Shown one piece after another: positions 9,707 through 18,458 of a stretch of DNA of 64,000 nt (position 1 is its first letter; each line of letters begins with the position of its first letter). The position numbers were made by a program, and so were the translations under genes. The stretch is from Patescibacteria group bacterium (GTDB lineage Bacteria; Patescibacteriota; Microgenomatia; UM-FILTER-40-11): the NCBI GenBank assembly GCA_035530075.1, contig DATKVM010000002.1, positions 103,348 through 167,347 on the forward strand, given 5' to 3'. The notes below the pieces were generated by a model. The model ran no database searches. It saw only the letters and a list, made by a program, of their open reading frames with translations, and was not told the DNA's origin.

Positions 9707-12700
9707 TTAAAAGTTCTCTAAAGGGTCTCTGTTGAGCCGAACAAAAGCAAGCATCCAGATTAAAGCTACCCCTAACAAGACAAACCCCAAATATTCCAAA
9801 TACTGGGGTAAGAAGATTAAAAATACTCTTGACTGTTCACTAATTCCTGATTCCTGCAGACTATCCAATCTCCATCCGTTTTCCCAATTATTAACCAAAA
9901 CATGGTTTCTAATTTCCTGACCCAAAACTGGCGCCAGAAGAGCGCTTAGCGGCGAGCGCTTAGCGTCTAGTAAGTAGGCGTGCCAACCGGAATGATAGGC
10001 TTGAGAAAGAACGAGCGTGCCTTCTGTTACCGGCTGGGAGACTTCATACAAAGTCGGGTTGGGATGAGCGGCCGAAAGCGGTGTTAGGGCGGCGGTGGAA
10101 ACCGGCAGTTTTTGCCGCGTTAAACATAGGCCCGTCAAAAAACCATAAGGGATGGGGTTAACCTTCACCGCTTGCAAATCGTTAACTGTCTTTTGCCGGC
10201 CGATGGCAATATTATCAAAATGCAAAGAGTAACCCAGCCCATCTTGAGCCATTGGCGGTTGAATTAAGTAAGTAGTCGCCGTTTTTTTGTCTAGATAAAG
10301 CTCTAAATCTACTTTCTGGTTAGTTAAATTTTCCAGCCAAAAAAGCAAGCTTCGGCCGGATAAATAACGGCTTTGAATCGTTAGCAGGTAACCGAATTTA
10401 TGAGGCAATTCAGGCAAAAGAAACGACGCACTGCAATTATTGGCATCTTGGGCACTCAAGCGCAAGATTTCCTTTCCCCCTTGAGAAACAATTTCACTCG
10501 CCACTTGACCGCTTTTGGCCTGGCTGCAGTTCCTAATCGTCAAAGGGTTAAGAGCCCGGGCAACCTCAATCGCGGCGCTAAAATAGCCGTTAACTTTGGG
10601 AATAAAGACCACCAGTTCACTGCCGTAATCTCGCACTTGGGGAATGAGAATCCGGGTTTTACTTAAGTCGTTTGGGTCAACCCAAACCAGCTCCTGACCG
10701 CTAAAAGAAGGCAGGTGTAAAAAATAATTAGTCACCGCCGAAGGCAGCTTTTGGCGAAAGACAAAATTATTTTCTCCCTCCTCAATTCCGAAATCCTGCT
10801 CGTTAGTATCCCGGCCACTAAAAAGCGTTCGGAAAGGATAATAATAATCGACCCGCTCTAAAACAGATGAGCTTAAGTAATGGCCTTGTTCCCAAAATGC
10901 TTGATCAAAATTGCCCCACTCATAAGGAGGATTAACCGTGGGAAGACTTTTGGCCCAATAAACGAAGCCGGCGGGCGGATTTTTCTCCACCCGATAAACT
11001 TTAATTTTGCCGAAGTTGGCGGTGAGGTTAAATTTGGGAGAGTCCAAAAAGGCCGTTAGCTCTTCCCACCCAGCGGCCCGCCAACTGGAGCTATTGACAT
11101 TGTTTTCATCAATTAAAATCCAGCTTACTTGATATTTCTCTAAAACCTTTTCAAAAAGTGGTTGATTTTTAGAAAACAAAGCATAAGAAATTTCCCAATA
11201 ATAATTTTCGTTTGCTCCCCCCCAAGGGTCAAAAGCGCGGTCCAAAATTGGCTGTTCTATGCCATACCAAATAAAGCCGGAACCGCTATAATCGCCTCCC
11301 GGCCAATGATAGAAACTCCACCCCCAAAAATTTGTCTGGGGAAAATTAGCAATTCGGCCACTTTCTCCTTGTTTTCGAAAAAAGTCAAAAAGTTGGAAAT
11401 ACTCCGGAGGGAAGACCACCTTTTCCTTCGCATAGAAAAGCTGCCCCTGGAAAACCGGCCAAACAAAAATCAACGGCAAGATTAAGAAAAATAAACAAAG
11501 CATCTCTCGGTAAAGCCTCCCTCGCCATCCCTCAAGCTTAAAACTCCCGGCCATGGCCAGACTGATACCATAAAAAATCGCTAAACCAAAAGCCGATATC
11601 GGACTGAACTTAGTAAAAGCAAAGCGAAAGAGCTGGGAAAAAAGCGGCAGACGATAAAAAATGGCGGCCGGTAAGGAAAGAAAAGGGGTATCATTAAGGA
11701 GCATTAAAAACCCGAATAAAAAAACCGGTAAAAACAACGCTGCCCGATGCTTTTTCTTAAAGGCCGCTACTGTCCCCCCCAAAGCCATCAGAAAAAGAAA
11801 ATAACCCAGCGCCTTTACCGGCGGTTTTTGCAGATACTCTTCCCAAGCACCCATCATCGGTTGAAATTGGTTTTCTTGATTTGGTTCGATATTGTCAAAC
11901 CAAAAGCCCTTAAGCAAGGCGACATTCTCTAAATTGCCGTACTTTTTATTGCGTAAATAGTTCTCCTCGGTGGACATCAAATTAATTTTTGACTTGAAAG
12001 TCACTTTAACATTGGTCAGGACAAAGTAAAGGTTCGGCAGCAACCAAAAAGCGTTGAGCATAAAAGTTAACAGGTAAATCAAAAGGATTCTTCGCCAACT
12101 CCCTTTTTGGCGCCACCAAAATAAGATAAGGGTCAAAGATAGGCTCGTCAGGTAGACCAAAAGAAAGGTCGCGACATAGCCTTGAGCCACCGCCAAAAGA
12201 TTAACCGCCACCAGCCAAAAAAGATGTTTTTTGGTCGGTTTTTCCAAGAACTTTAGAACCACCAAGAATAACCAAGGAAGAAAAGCGAAATGAAGGGAAA
12301 AGGCCTCGTAGGGAACAAAAAAAAGCTGCAGGGTCGCCAGGTTAAAAAGATAAAAGAAGCTGGCTACTAGCGCGCCCCTCTTTCTTTGCCAAGAGTCATT
12401 CTCCTGAGCTAAAACAAAATTTTTCAATAGGAAATAAAGGCCTAATGGCCCCAAGAGAAGCATTAAAAAGTGGAAAAAATAGCGCATAAAGGCAATGGGC
12501 AAGAAAAAAGCGAGGCTTCTTAAAAAAAGTTGACGAAATAAGTCGGCGGCGTGTCCCATGCCGGGAAGCAATCCTAAACCTTGGTACTCTTGCCAAGCAG
12601 AAAAAAATAAACGGCGTAAATTAACGGCGAAGTTAAATTCCGGGTGCAAATTATCCCAACCAGATAAAAAAGTGCCCGGTTGATAATTTAAACCGGCCAC

Positions 12701-12775
12701 GAGGAGAACAATGACGGTGATAAGTATCGTCGGCCACTCTATTTTTTCCTTAAGCCAATGACCCAGTTTTATCAT
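9707..12775 (-). CDS. large polytopic membrane protein, probable GT-C glycosyltransferase
   Basis: ~13 TM segments, GWDNLHPEF N-terminal loop, LVLSQAYHSGW and NNWENGW C-terminal motifs; next to GT2. Confidence 0.65.
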   Translation of the reverse strand: MIKLGHWLKEKIEWPTILITVIVLLVAGLNYQPGTFLSGWDNLHPEFNFAVNLRRLFFSAWQEYQGLGLLPGMGHAADLFRQLFLRSLAFFLPIAFMRYFFHFLMLLLGPLGLYFLLKNFVLAQENDSWQRKRGALVASFFYLFNLATLQLFFVPYEAFSLHFAFLPWLFLVVLKFLEKPTKKHLFWLVAVNLLAVAQGYVATFLLVYLTSLSLTLILFWWRQKGSWRRILLIYLLTFMLNAFWLLPNLYFVLTNVKVTFKSKINLMSTEENYLRNKKYGNLENVALLKGFWFDNIEPNQENQFQPMMGAWEEYLQKPPVKALGYFLFLMALGGTVAAFKKKHRAALFLPVFLFGFLMLLNDTPFLSLPAAIFYRLPLFSQLFRFAFTKFSPISAFGLAIFYGISLAMAGSFKLEGWRGRLYREMLCLFFLILPLIFVWPVFQGQLFYAKEKVVFPPEYFQLFDFFRKQGESGRIANFPQTNFWGWSFYHWPGGDYSGSGFIWYGIEQPILDRAFDPWGGANENYYWEISYALFSKNQPLFEKVLEKYQVSWILIDENNVNSSSWRAAGWEELTAFLDSPKFNLTANFGKIKVYRVEKNPPAGFVYWAKSLPTVNPPYEWGNFDQAFWEQGHYLSSSVLERVDYYYPFRTLFSGRDTNEQDFGIEEGENNFVFRQKLPSAVTNYFLHLPSFSGQELVWVDPNDLSKTRILIPQVRDYGSELVVFIPKVNGYFSAAIEVARALNPLTIRNCSQAKSGQVASEIVSQGGKEILRLSAQDANNCSASFLLPELPHKFGYLLTIQSRYLSGRSLLFWLENLTNQKVDLELYLDKKTATTYLIQPPMAQDGLGYSLHFDNIAIGRQKTVNDLQAVKVNPIPYGFLTGLCLTRQKLPVSTAALTPLSAAHPNPTLYEVSQPVTEGTLVLSQAYHSGWHAYLLDAKRSPLSALLAPVLGQEIRNHVLVNNWENGWRLDSLQESGISEQSRVFLIFLPQYLEYLGFVLLGVALIWMLAFVRLNRDPLENF

Positions 12776-13689
12776 TACTCTGGAATTTCCCGTAATAACG
12801 CCCCATTAAAAATATTCCGCCAGCCCGCCGCCACTCCCTTTTGGGACATTTTCACCCCTCTAAATCGCATTCGGCAAAAAAGCGGATAAATTAACCCTTT
12901 GGGCAAAAGCGCCACGGCTAAAGCCTGGCCAAAATGAGAAAGCCATCCCCTCCCACTGGGGTGGTAATGATAAGCTTTTAAGGCTTTATTGCGAATAGAA
13001 AAAGTTGCCCGGAAGGTCTCCTTGGGATTTCTTAACGATAAAGAGTTGGCGCTTTGACGATAATACAAAACCGGCTCATCAAGATTAGCTAATTGTCCAT
13101 ATTGAGCCAGCTCAAAAACCAGTTCCAAATCATGAGCCAAGACAGAGTGATTATGATAAAAAATTTTTCCTTGGGGCAAAAGACGGCGATTAATCATACA
13201 GGCCGGATGCTGAATCGGGTTCATTTGAAAAAGCGAACGATAAATCACCCGGTGGTCAGTCGGAAACCTTTTTTCGCCAATAATTTCTCCTTCTTCATTA
13301 ATCAAAAGGCACTGACCGCCTACTATTACCACCTCGGGATGGTGATCTAAAAAACTTACTTGCTTTTCAATCCGGTCAGGAAAGGCAATATCGTCGGCAT
13401 CCATTCGGGCCAAGAACTGCCCCCGACTTCTTTCCAAACCAAAATTGGAAGCCAGACTGGGACCACAATTGCGGGGCAAAGAAAAAAGCGTTAGTCGCCC
13501 ATCTCTCTTTGCCCGCCTCACCGCTTTGGCGGCCGTTTTATCAGTAGAGCCATCGTCAACGACAATAATTTCCAGCTGGCGATAAGTCTGTTTAAGAAGA
13601 CTCTTGATGGCCAAATCAATAAACCGCTCAGTATTATAAGCGGTCATTAACACCGTTACCAACGGCCGGGACGAATTGTTTATTTTCAT
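12775..13689 (-). CDS. glycosyltransferase family 2
   Basis: VTVLMTAYN, VVDDGSTD, RMDADD; start moved to MKINN at 13689 because the longer ORF overlaps the upstream gene. Confidence 0.9.
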   Translation of the reverse strand: MKINNSSRPLVTVLMTAYNTERFIDLAIKSLLKQTYRQLEIIVVDDGSTDKTAAKAVRRAKRDGRLTLFSLPRNCGPSLASNFGLERSRGQFLARMDADDIAFPDRIEKQVSFLDHHPEVVIVGGQCLLINEEGEIIGEKRFPTDHRVIYRSLFQMNPIQHPACMINRRLLPQGKIFYHNHSVLAHDLELVFELAQYGQLANLDEPVLYYRQSANSLSLRNPKETFRATFSIRNKALKAYHYHPSGRGWLSHFGQALAVALLPKGLIYPLFCRMRFRGVKMSQKGVAAGWRNIFNGALLREIPE

Positions 13690-13813
13690 TTTTCTCTCAA
13701 CTGCTACCCACCAGTTCCCTGCTGGGCAAAAGTTGAGGGGAGAGAGTCTTTGGCTAAACGAAAGCTTCAAGAGGCTCTCTCCCCAGTAAGTAACCGTAGA
13801 CATACCGCAACCG

Positions 13814-14764
13814 CTAGATTTCCACCTCCTGGCCCTCCGAGTATTTACGATGGAACTCGGCTTGATGGGCCGACCAGCGCTCATCCAAAGCGGTTTGGCT
13901 AGGGAAGGGAAAGGATGTTCCTCGACCATCCCAGGAGTAGGTTTGGCCGCTGTTCAGCTTGACCAGCAAGGCTTTGCCGTCTTTGGTTGTCGTTTCCACA
14001 ATCGCCGGACCTTCGACTTCTGCCGAACTTTGACCAACGGGTTGGCTGACAGTGACGAGTGACGAAAGAGCCAAGTCAGAATCGCTCGAGCCGGGATTGC
14101 TAGAGGTGTTGCCGGCCGAGGACGTCTGAACCCGAACCACGAGACGGAAAGCGGAGACTTGATCGGGCAGCACCACAATCCCTGTCTGCATTTCGCCGTC
14201 GCGAATTCGAAGCTGCTCGGCTTGCAACTGGATGTTCTCTCGCACGGCTGCTTCATCTCCAGCGAAGAGCCAAGCGGTTCCGCCGCGATGACCGCGAATC
14301 CAAACGACCGTTCCTGGCCGAATGGCGAAGGTCCATCGTTCTGGAACTACCGTCTCCTCAAAGGCCATCTCCGTCCAAACTTGACCGACAATCCAACAGA
14401 TTTCGGAGAGACCACCAATCGGCGACTCGCCGTAAGTCTCGCCAAACTCCTGGTTATCAGCGTGCCAGATAATCCCGCAGCAGGGACAGGGAGCGGGTGC
14501 CGCCGGAGCCGGAGTGGGACCACCGCCAACAGGTTGAGGCGGAGGTACCGGTGTTACCCCCCCACCCGCAGCCACAGCCGGGACTACCTTAACCGAGACG
14601 ACCGGGGCGACGACGCTGGCCACGACTGGCTGAGCAAGGCTCACTGGGGCCGCCAGTTCACTGGCCTGCGCCAATTCCTCTACCCGTGCTTGAACATCGG
14701 AGCGAAGACTAGCAACCCAGACCAACAGAATCGCCAGCACCAGTAAGAAGACGGCCCTTTTCAT
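13814..14764 (-). CDS. secreted/membrane-anchored protein with two unknown domains (A+B)
   Basis: Signal-like MKRAVFLLVLAILL after AAGGAG; Pro-rich linker; domains shared with 17512..18255 and 16516..17130. Confidence 0.75.
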   Translation of the reverse strand: MKRAVFLLVLAILLVWVASLRSDVQARVEELAQASELAAPVSLAQPVVASVVAPVVSVKVVPAVAAGGGVTPVPPPQPVGGGPTPAPAAPAPCPCCGIIWHADNQEFGETYGESPIGGLSEICWIVGQVWTEMAFEETVVPERWTFAIRPGTVVWIRGHRGGTAWLFAGDEAAVRENIQLQAEQLRIRDGEMQTGIVVLPDQVSAFRLVVRVQTSSAGNTSSNPGSSDSDLALSSLVTVSQPVGQSSAEVEGPAIVETTTKDGKALLVKLNSGQTYSWDGRGTSFPFPSQTALDERWSAHQAEFHRKYSEGQEVEI

Positions 14765-14923
14765 CTTTTTCTCCTTTCGGTATGCCATTGTCAAAGAGCT
14801 TTTGATGGGTCAGGAGATTCCTGCCTAAAAAGAATCTTGACCAACACCAAACTCTATGGAAATGAGTTTAAAGGGCGGAAACCAAAAGGGGGTAATAAAA
14901 AAGTAAGAGAAAGGTAAGAAGGC

Positions 14924-15541
14924 TTAGCGTCGATTAAAAACCGCCAAGACAACCCCCATCATCGCCGTTACTGCCGATAAAACTAATGAAAGTGTTAAAC
15001 CGGAAAAACCGGTGGGGGGAAGAACCGTCACTGCCGCCACTTTCTTGGCCGCACAAACTTTGGCGGTATCCTTATCGTGTCGATCCCCCGCTTGCGCTTC
15101 GGCAATATTAACATCACAAACTACATTTTGATTTTGAGGTAAATTTCCTTCTTCCACTACCCGAGCTTTGATTTCTCTTTCTTCAGTTTCCCCCGAGGTC
15201 AAGTCGGTAATTTCAAAAGAAAGACTGCCTGAACTAAGGCGCAAGAAGAATGGCAAAGTATCAGAAACGGTTACTTTATCTAAAGTAGCGTCGCCCACAT
15301 TTTTAATTCGCAATTGAAAAACGACTTCTTCTCCCGGAGCGAATTTATGATCAGTAATATCCAAATTATCGACAAATCGCTGGTTTACCGGATCAAGGAC
15401 AACTTTGTTTATTTGCAGTTCACCGGTTTTAATACAAACCTCCCCTCCGTATTGTTGCTCGCAGCGAACCGCCGCTTGCGCGTCGGCCATTAGCCAAAAG
15501 CAAGCTAAAAAGGAAGCGGCCAGAAAAACAATTTTTTTCAT
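14924..15541 (-). CDS. LPxTG sortase substrate with DUF11/pilin-like Ig domain
   Basis: Signal peptide, PGEEVVFQLRIKNVG..VTVSDTLP, C-terminal LPPTG + TM + NRR. Confidence 0.8.
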   Translation of the reverse strand: MKKIVFLAASFLACFWLMADAQAAVRCEQQYGGEVCIKTGELQINKVVLDPVNQRFVDNLDITDHKFAPGEEVVFQLRIKNVGDATLDKVTVSDTLPFFLRLSSGSLSFEITDLTSGETEEREIKARVVEEGNLPQNQNVVCDVNIAEAQAGDRHDKDTAKVCAAKKVAAVTVLPPTGFSGLTLSLVLSAVTAMMGVVLAVFNRR

Positions 15542-15691
15542 TCTTTAATCTTTACTGAGTCTTGAGCTTGATAAACCCGTTCCAAAATTTTCCCCCCGCA
15601 TTATGAAGAGAGATAGCAAAAGTTGTCAAGCAAAACAGACTTTCATCTGCTTGCATTTATTTACTTAAACGCCTTACCTTGAAAATCGCAA

Positions 15692-16426
15692 ATGGAAATA
15701 ATCCTTTACGACGCTCAGCCATTAACGGAAAAAACTACCCCCACTTTGAGGCAACCGCTCATGGTCCTTTGGCGGCAAGCTCGGTCAACCAGCAAGCGAG
15801 CCTTTCGCTTAAGCGGTTACATTTTAATATTGCTATCTTTCTTAATCTCAGTGGTAGTGGCCGGGCCAATAGTAATTCAGGAAGTCGGTTATCGGCTTAC
15901 TCAAAAGCCTTTTGCCTCTCAAAAGGAAGGGCCTTCGAATCCCGCCTTAAAAGAACAGCGCCAGCAAGCAGCGGAAGAAGCGCGTAACTACGGCGTGAGT
16001 CCCGACTTTTCCATTGTTATCCCCAAGATTGACGCTAAAGCAAAAATTATCCCTAATGTTAATCCCGCGGATGAGAGGGAATACAAGAACGCTCTCAAAG
16101 AAGGCGTTGCTCACGCCTCAGGAACCAAATTTCCCGGCCATAAAGGCACCATTTACCTTTTTGCCCACTCGACGAATTCGCCCATCAACATTGCCCGTTA
16201 CAATGCCGTCTTCTACCTTTTAAAAGAACTTCGCAAAGAGGATGAAATTATTATTTTTTTCGCCGGCCAAAAATATGTTTATCGGGTCACTGAGCGTTTT
16301 GTCACCGCCGCTGACGACACCAAATGGCTAACTAATCAAGAAAAAGAAGAACAGCTGGTTCTCCAAACTTGCTGGCCACCGGGAACCAGCCAAAAAAGAC
16401 TGCTGGTAATTGCCAAACCGGCCTAA
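15692..16426 (+). CDS. sortase
   Basis: N-terminal TM, LKEGVAH, YLFAHS, LVLQTCWPPG...RLLV catalytic H/C/R. Confidence 0.9.
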   Translation: MEIILYDAQPLTEKTTPTLRQPLMVLWRQARSTSKRAFRLSGYILILLSFLISVVVAGPIVIQEVGYRLTQKPFASQKEGPSNPALKEQRQQAAEEARNYGVSPDFSIVIPKIDAKAKIIPNVNPADEREYKNALKEGVAHASGTKFPGHKGTIYLFAHSTNSPINIARYNAVFYLLKELRKEDEIIIFFAGQKYVYRVTERFVTAADDTKWLTNQEKEEQLVLQTCWPPGTSQKRLLVIAKPA

Positions 16427-16515
16427 AAATAAATTTCTGGGAGAGGCAAGAAGTTAAGCTGGCGCCCCCTGGCTATCCAAACTCTCCTTCCTGCCCCTCC
16501 CGAACATCGGTCATC

Positions 16516-17130
16516 CTATTCCTCCGGCTTGCCTTCATTGCAGTCCTGATTGCTATCGAAGTATTCCGTCCGGTGAGAGGGATAGCGGCTGTCCACTGCG
16601 GCTTCGGAAGCGAACTGCCACCAAGTCCCCATCCCGTCATAACGGAAGGTTTCTCCCTCAGGGAGACGAAAAATGCCGCATTCGTGGTTACCGTCCCACC
16701 ATTGGACAATTGCCGGCCCTTTCGTCTCGCCAGGGAATTGACCGGAAGAGACCGGGTGTGCCTCCTCGGCCGCCAGATTGACAACCGTCGGTGTTCCCTG
16801 GGCACTGATCGTTGAAGTCACTACCGGCGATGCGGTTCCTCCGGGCAGAAGGGATCCTGGACTGGGAAGAACCTTCACCGCCAAAGTCGCTGTTTGCATC
16901 AACAAGCGCCGTTCCTGCTCGATTGCCACCACCTGGCGACGACCGGAGATAGTCATAAAGAAAAGCGCGAGGGTAGCCAAGAGGAGAAAACCCACTATCG
17001 CCAGCCACCCACCGTTTTTCTTCAGCCGTTCCTTGTAGTCTGTCGACTCTCCCTCTCCTGGTTCATCCCTCACCGGGAATGGCGGCCTTCTCATGGACAC
17101 TTCTACTCTTCCTTTCCTAGCAGTAGCCAT
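16516..17130 (-). CDS. single-TM protein with domain B
   Basis: TM helix, Thr/Pro linker, GPAIVQWW..G.GTWWQF.SEAAVDSRY similar to C-terminus of 13814..14764. Confidence 0.7.
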   Translation of the reverse strand: MATARKGRVEVSMRRPPFPVRDEPGEGESTDYKERLKKNGGWLAIVGFLLLATLALFFMTISGRRQVVAIEQERRLLMQTATLAVKVLPSPGSLLPGGTASPVVTSTISAQGTPTVVNLAAEEAHPVSSGQFPGETKGPAIVQWWDGNHECGIFRLPEGETFRYDGMGTWWQFASEAAVDSRYPSHRTEYFDSNQDCNEGKPEE

Positions 17131-17511
17131 TTTCTCTCGCCTTCCTTCAGGGCCAATGCCCCTTCAGTTTTACCGACGATAAGGACAACCGAATGTAAAA
17201 GAACTCGCTCCTGCCTCACTCCCGCTTAAAGAAGCGGCAAAAAAGCTTTCTCTAAAATTAAGGTAATGTTCTTTAAAAAAACTCGCAAAAACATAAAGGG
17301 AATAAAAAAATAAATGGTGAGAATAATTGAATCTCTATGAAAAGTAGTCTAGCGAGTAATCAAGCAATCTTTGATAAAAAGGAAGTAAGAGTTTAGTAAG
17401 AAGAATTTTGGGAGAGGTACCGCTACTTTGTCTGTTTTAGTTGAGATCTGAGCGATTTTTAGCAGAACTCGGTAGTTTCCCTCTCCCTAGACTTCACGGC
17501 ATATCCTCCTA

Positions 17512-18255
17512 TTAAGAAGTGGCGGCCACTACCAGCCAGCAACGATTGGCTTCGTCAGGCAAGAACACCTTGGTTATTTCCGCCTGGGGATCCCTCGTTC
17601 TTAACTCTCTTTCCTGCTTTCCCAAATCAGCCTCCACCACCGACCTTTCACCCGCGAAAAACCAAGCAATGCCCCCCCGATAGTCAGTGAAGGTAACCGT
17701 CGTTCCCGGAGCAATGGCAAAAATCCAAACCTCAGCGGTCCCTGCCCGATCGGTCCAGATTTGCCCTACCAGCCAGCAGTCTTCATCGGCATCACCTAAG
17801 GTAGTCTCTCCAAAAAGCTCGCCGCCGGGCTGGTTAGGGTTATGCCAAGCTACACCCCCCTTCTGGCACGTCTCTACTTCAACGGTTGGCTGACGAGGAA
17901 GAGGGGTCGTCGGGGGATTTGGCAACGGGGTGGGGGTAGCAAAAATAGAGGTCGGCGTGTTCGTGGCAGCGGGGCCACTGGTCACCCTGGTTGGTGGAAC
18001 TACCTGTGGCAAGAGTGTCGGAAAGGGAGTTGCCGTGATTACCCGTTCAACTACCCGGACGGGCCTTGGTCGCAAAGCAAAGTAAATCGCGAGTATCAAC
18101 AAGATTGCCGCAACCACGCTCAAGAGGATGGCGAGAAGGCGCAAGAAGCCCGCTCCCCATCGATCGTTATTTTTCGGCCGATTGCCTTTCGGCTCTCTCG
18201 GCGGATCGACTTCCGACCGCCCGGAGGTATTTCCTGCCGATCTCCCCTCTCCCAT
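17512..18255 (-). CDS. single-TM protein with domain A
   Basis: TM helix, PT linker, CWLVGQIWT..W.FAI.PGT..RGG.AWFFAG similar to middle of 13814..14764; GAGGTG SD. Confidence 0.75.
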   Translation of the reverse strand: MGEGRSAGNTSGRSEVDPPREPKGNRPKNNDRWGAGFLRLLAILLSVVAAILLILAIYFALRPRPVRVVERVITATPFPTLLPQVVPPTRVTSGPAATNTPTSIFATPTPLPNPPTTPLPRQPTVEVETCQKGGVAWHNPNQPGGELFGETTLGDADEDCWLVGQIWTDRAGTAEVWIFAIAPGTTVTFTDYRGGIAWFFAGERSVVEADLGKQERELRTRDPQAEITKVFLPDEANRCWLVVAATS

Positions 18256-18458
18256 AGCTCACCTCACCTCTTCTGATGTGATATGCCTTTTTCAAAGAAC
18301 TCTTTGATAATTCCACCTCTAGGCGCTTTTACCCGGATGAAAGTACCAAAGTCTCTTAAGTCTTAGGCTAAGCAATCGGAGTCAACCGTAAATACGAATG
18401 GCGTAAGGAGAGCGTAAGCATCAGGTAAAAATGTGTTACAATTAAGAGGCAGCAGTCT

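Noticed and set aside
13690-13929. N-terminal extension of the GT2 ORF
   Set aside because: Overlaps the upstream gene and a hairpin; GT2 motifs start after MKINN.
14159-18276. Antisense ORFs such as 14159..14746, 16369..16815, 17842..18276
   Set aside because: Shadow frames of GC-rich minus-strand genes whose paralogy identifies the true frame.
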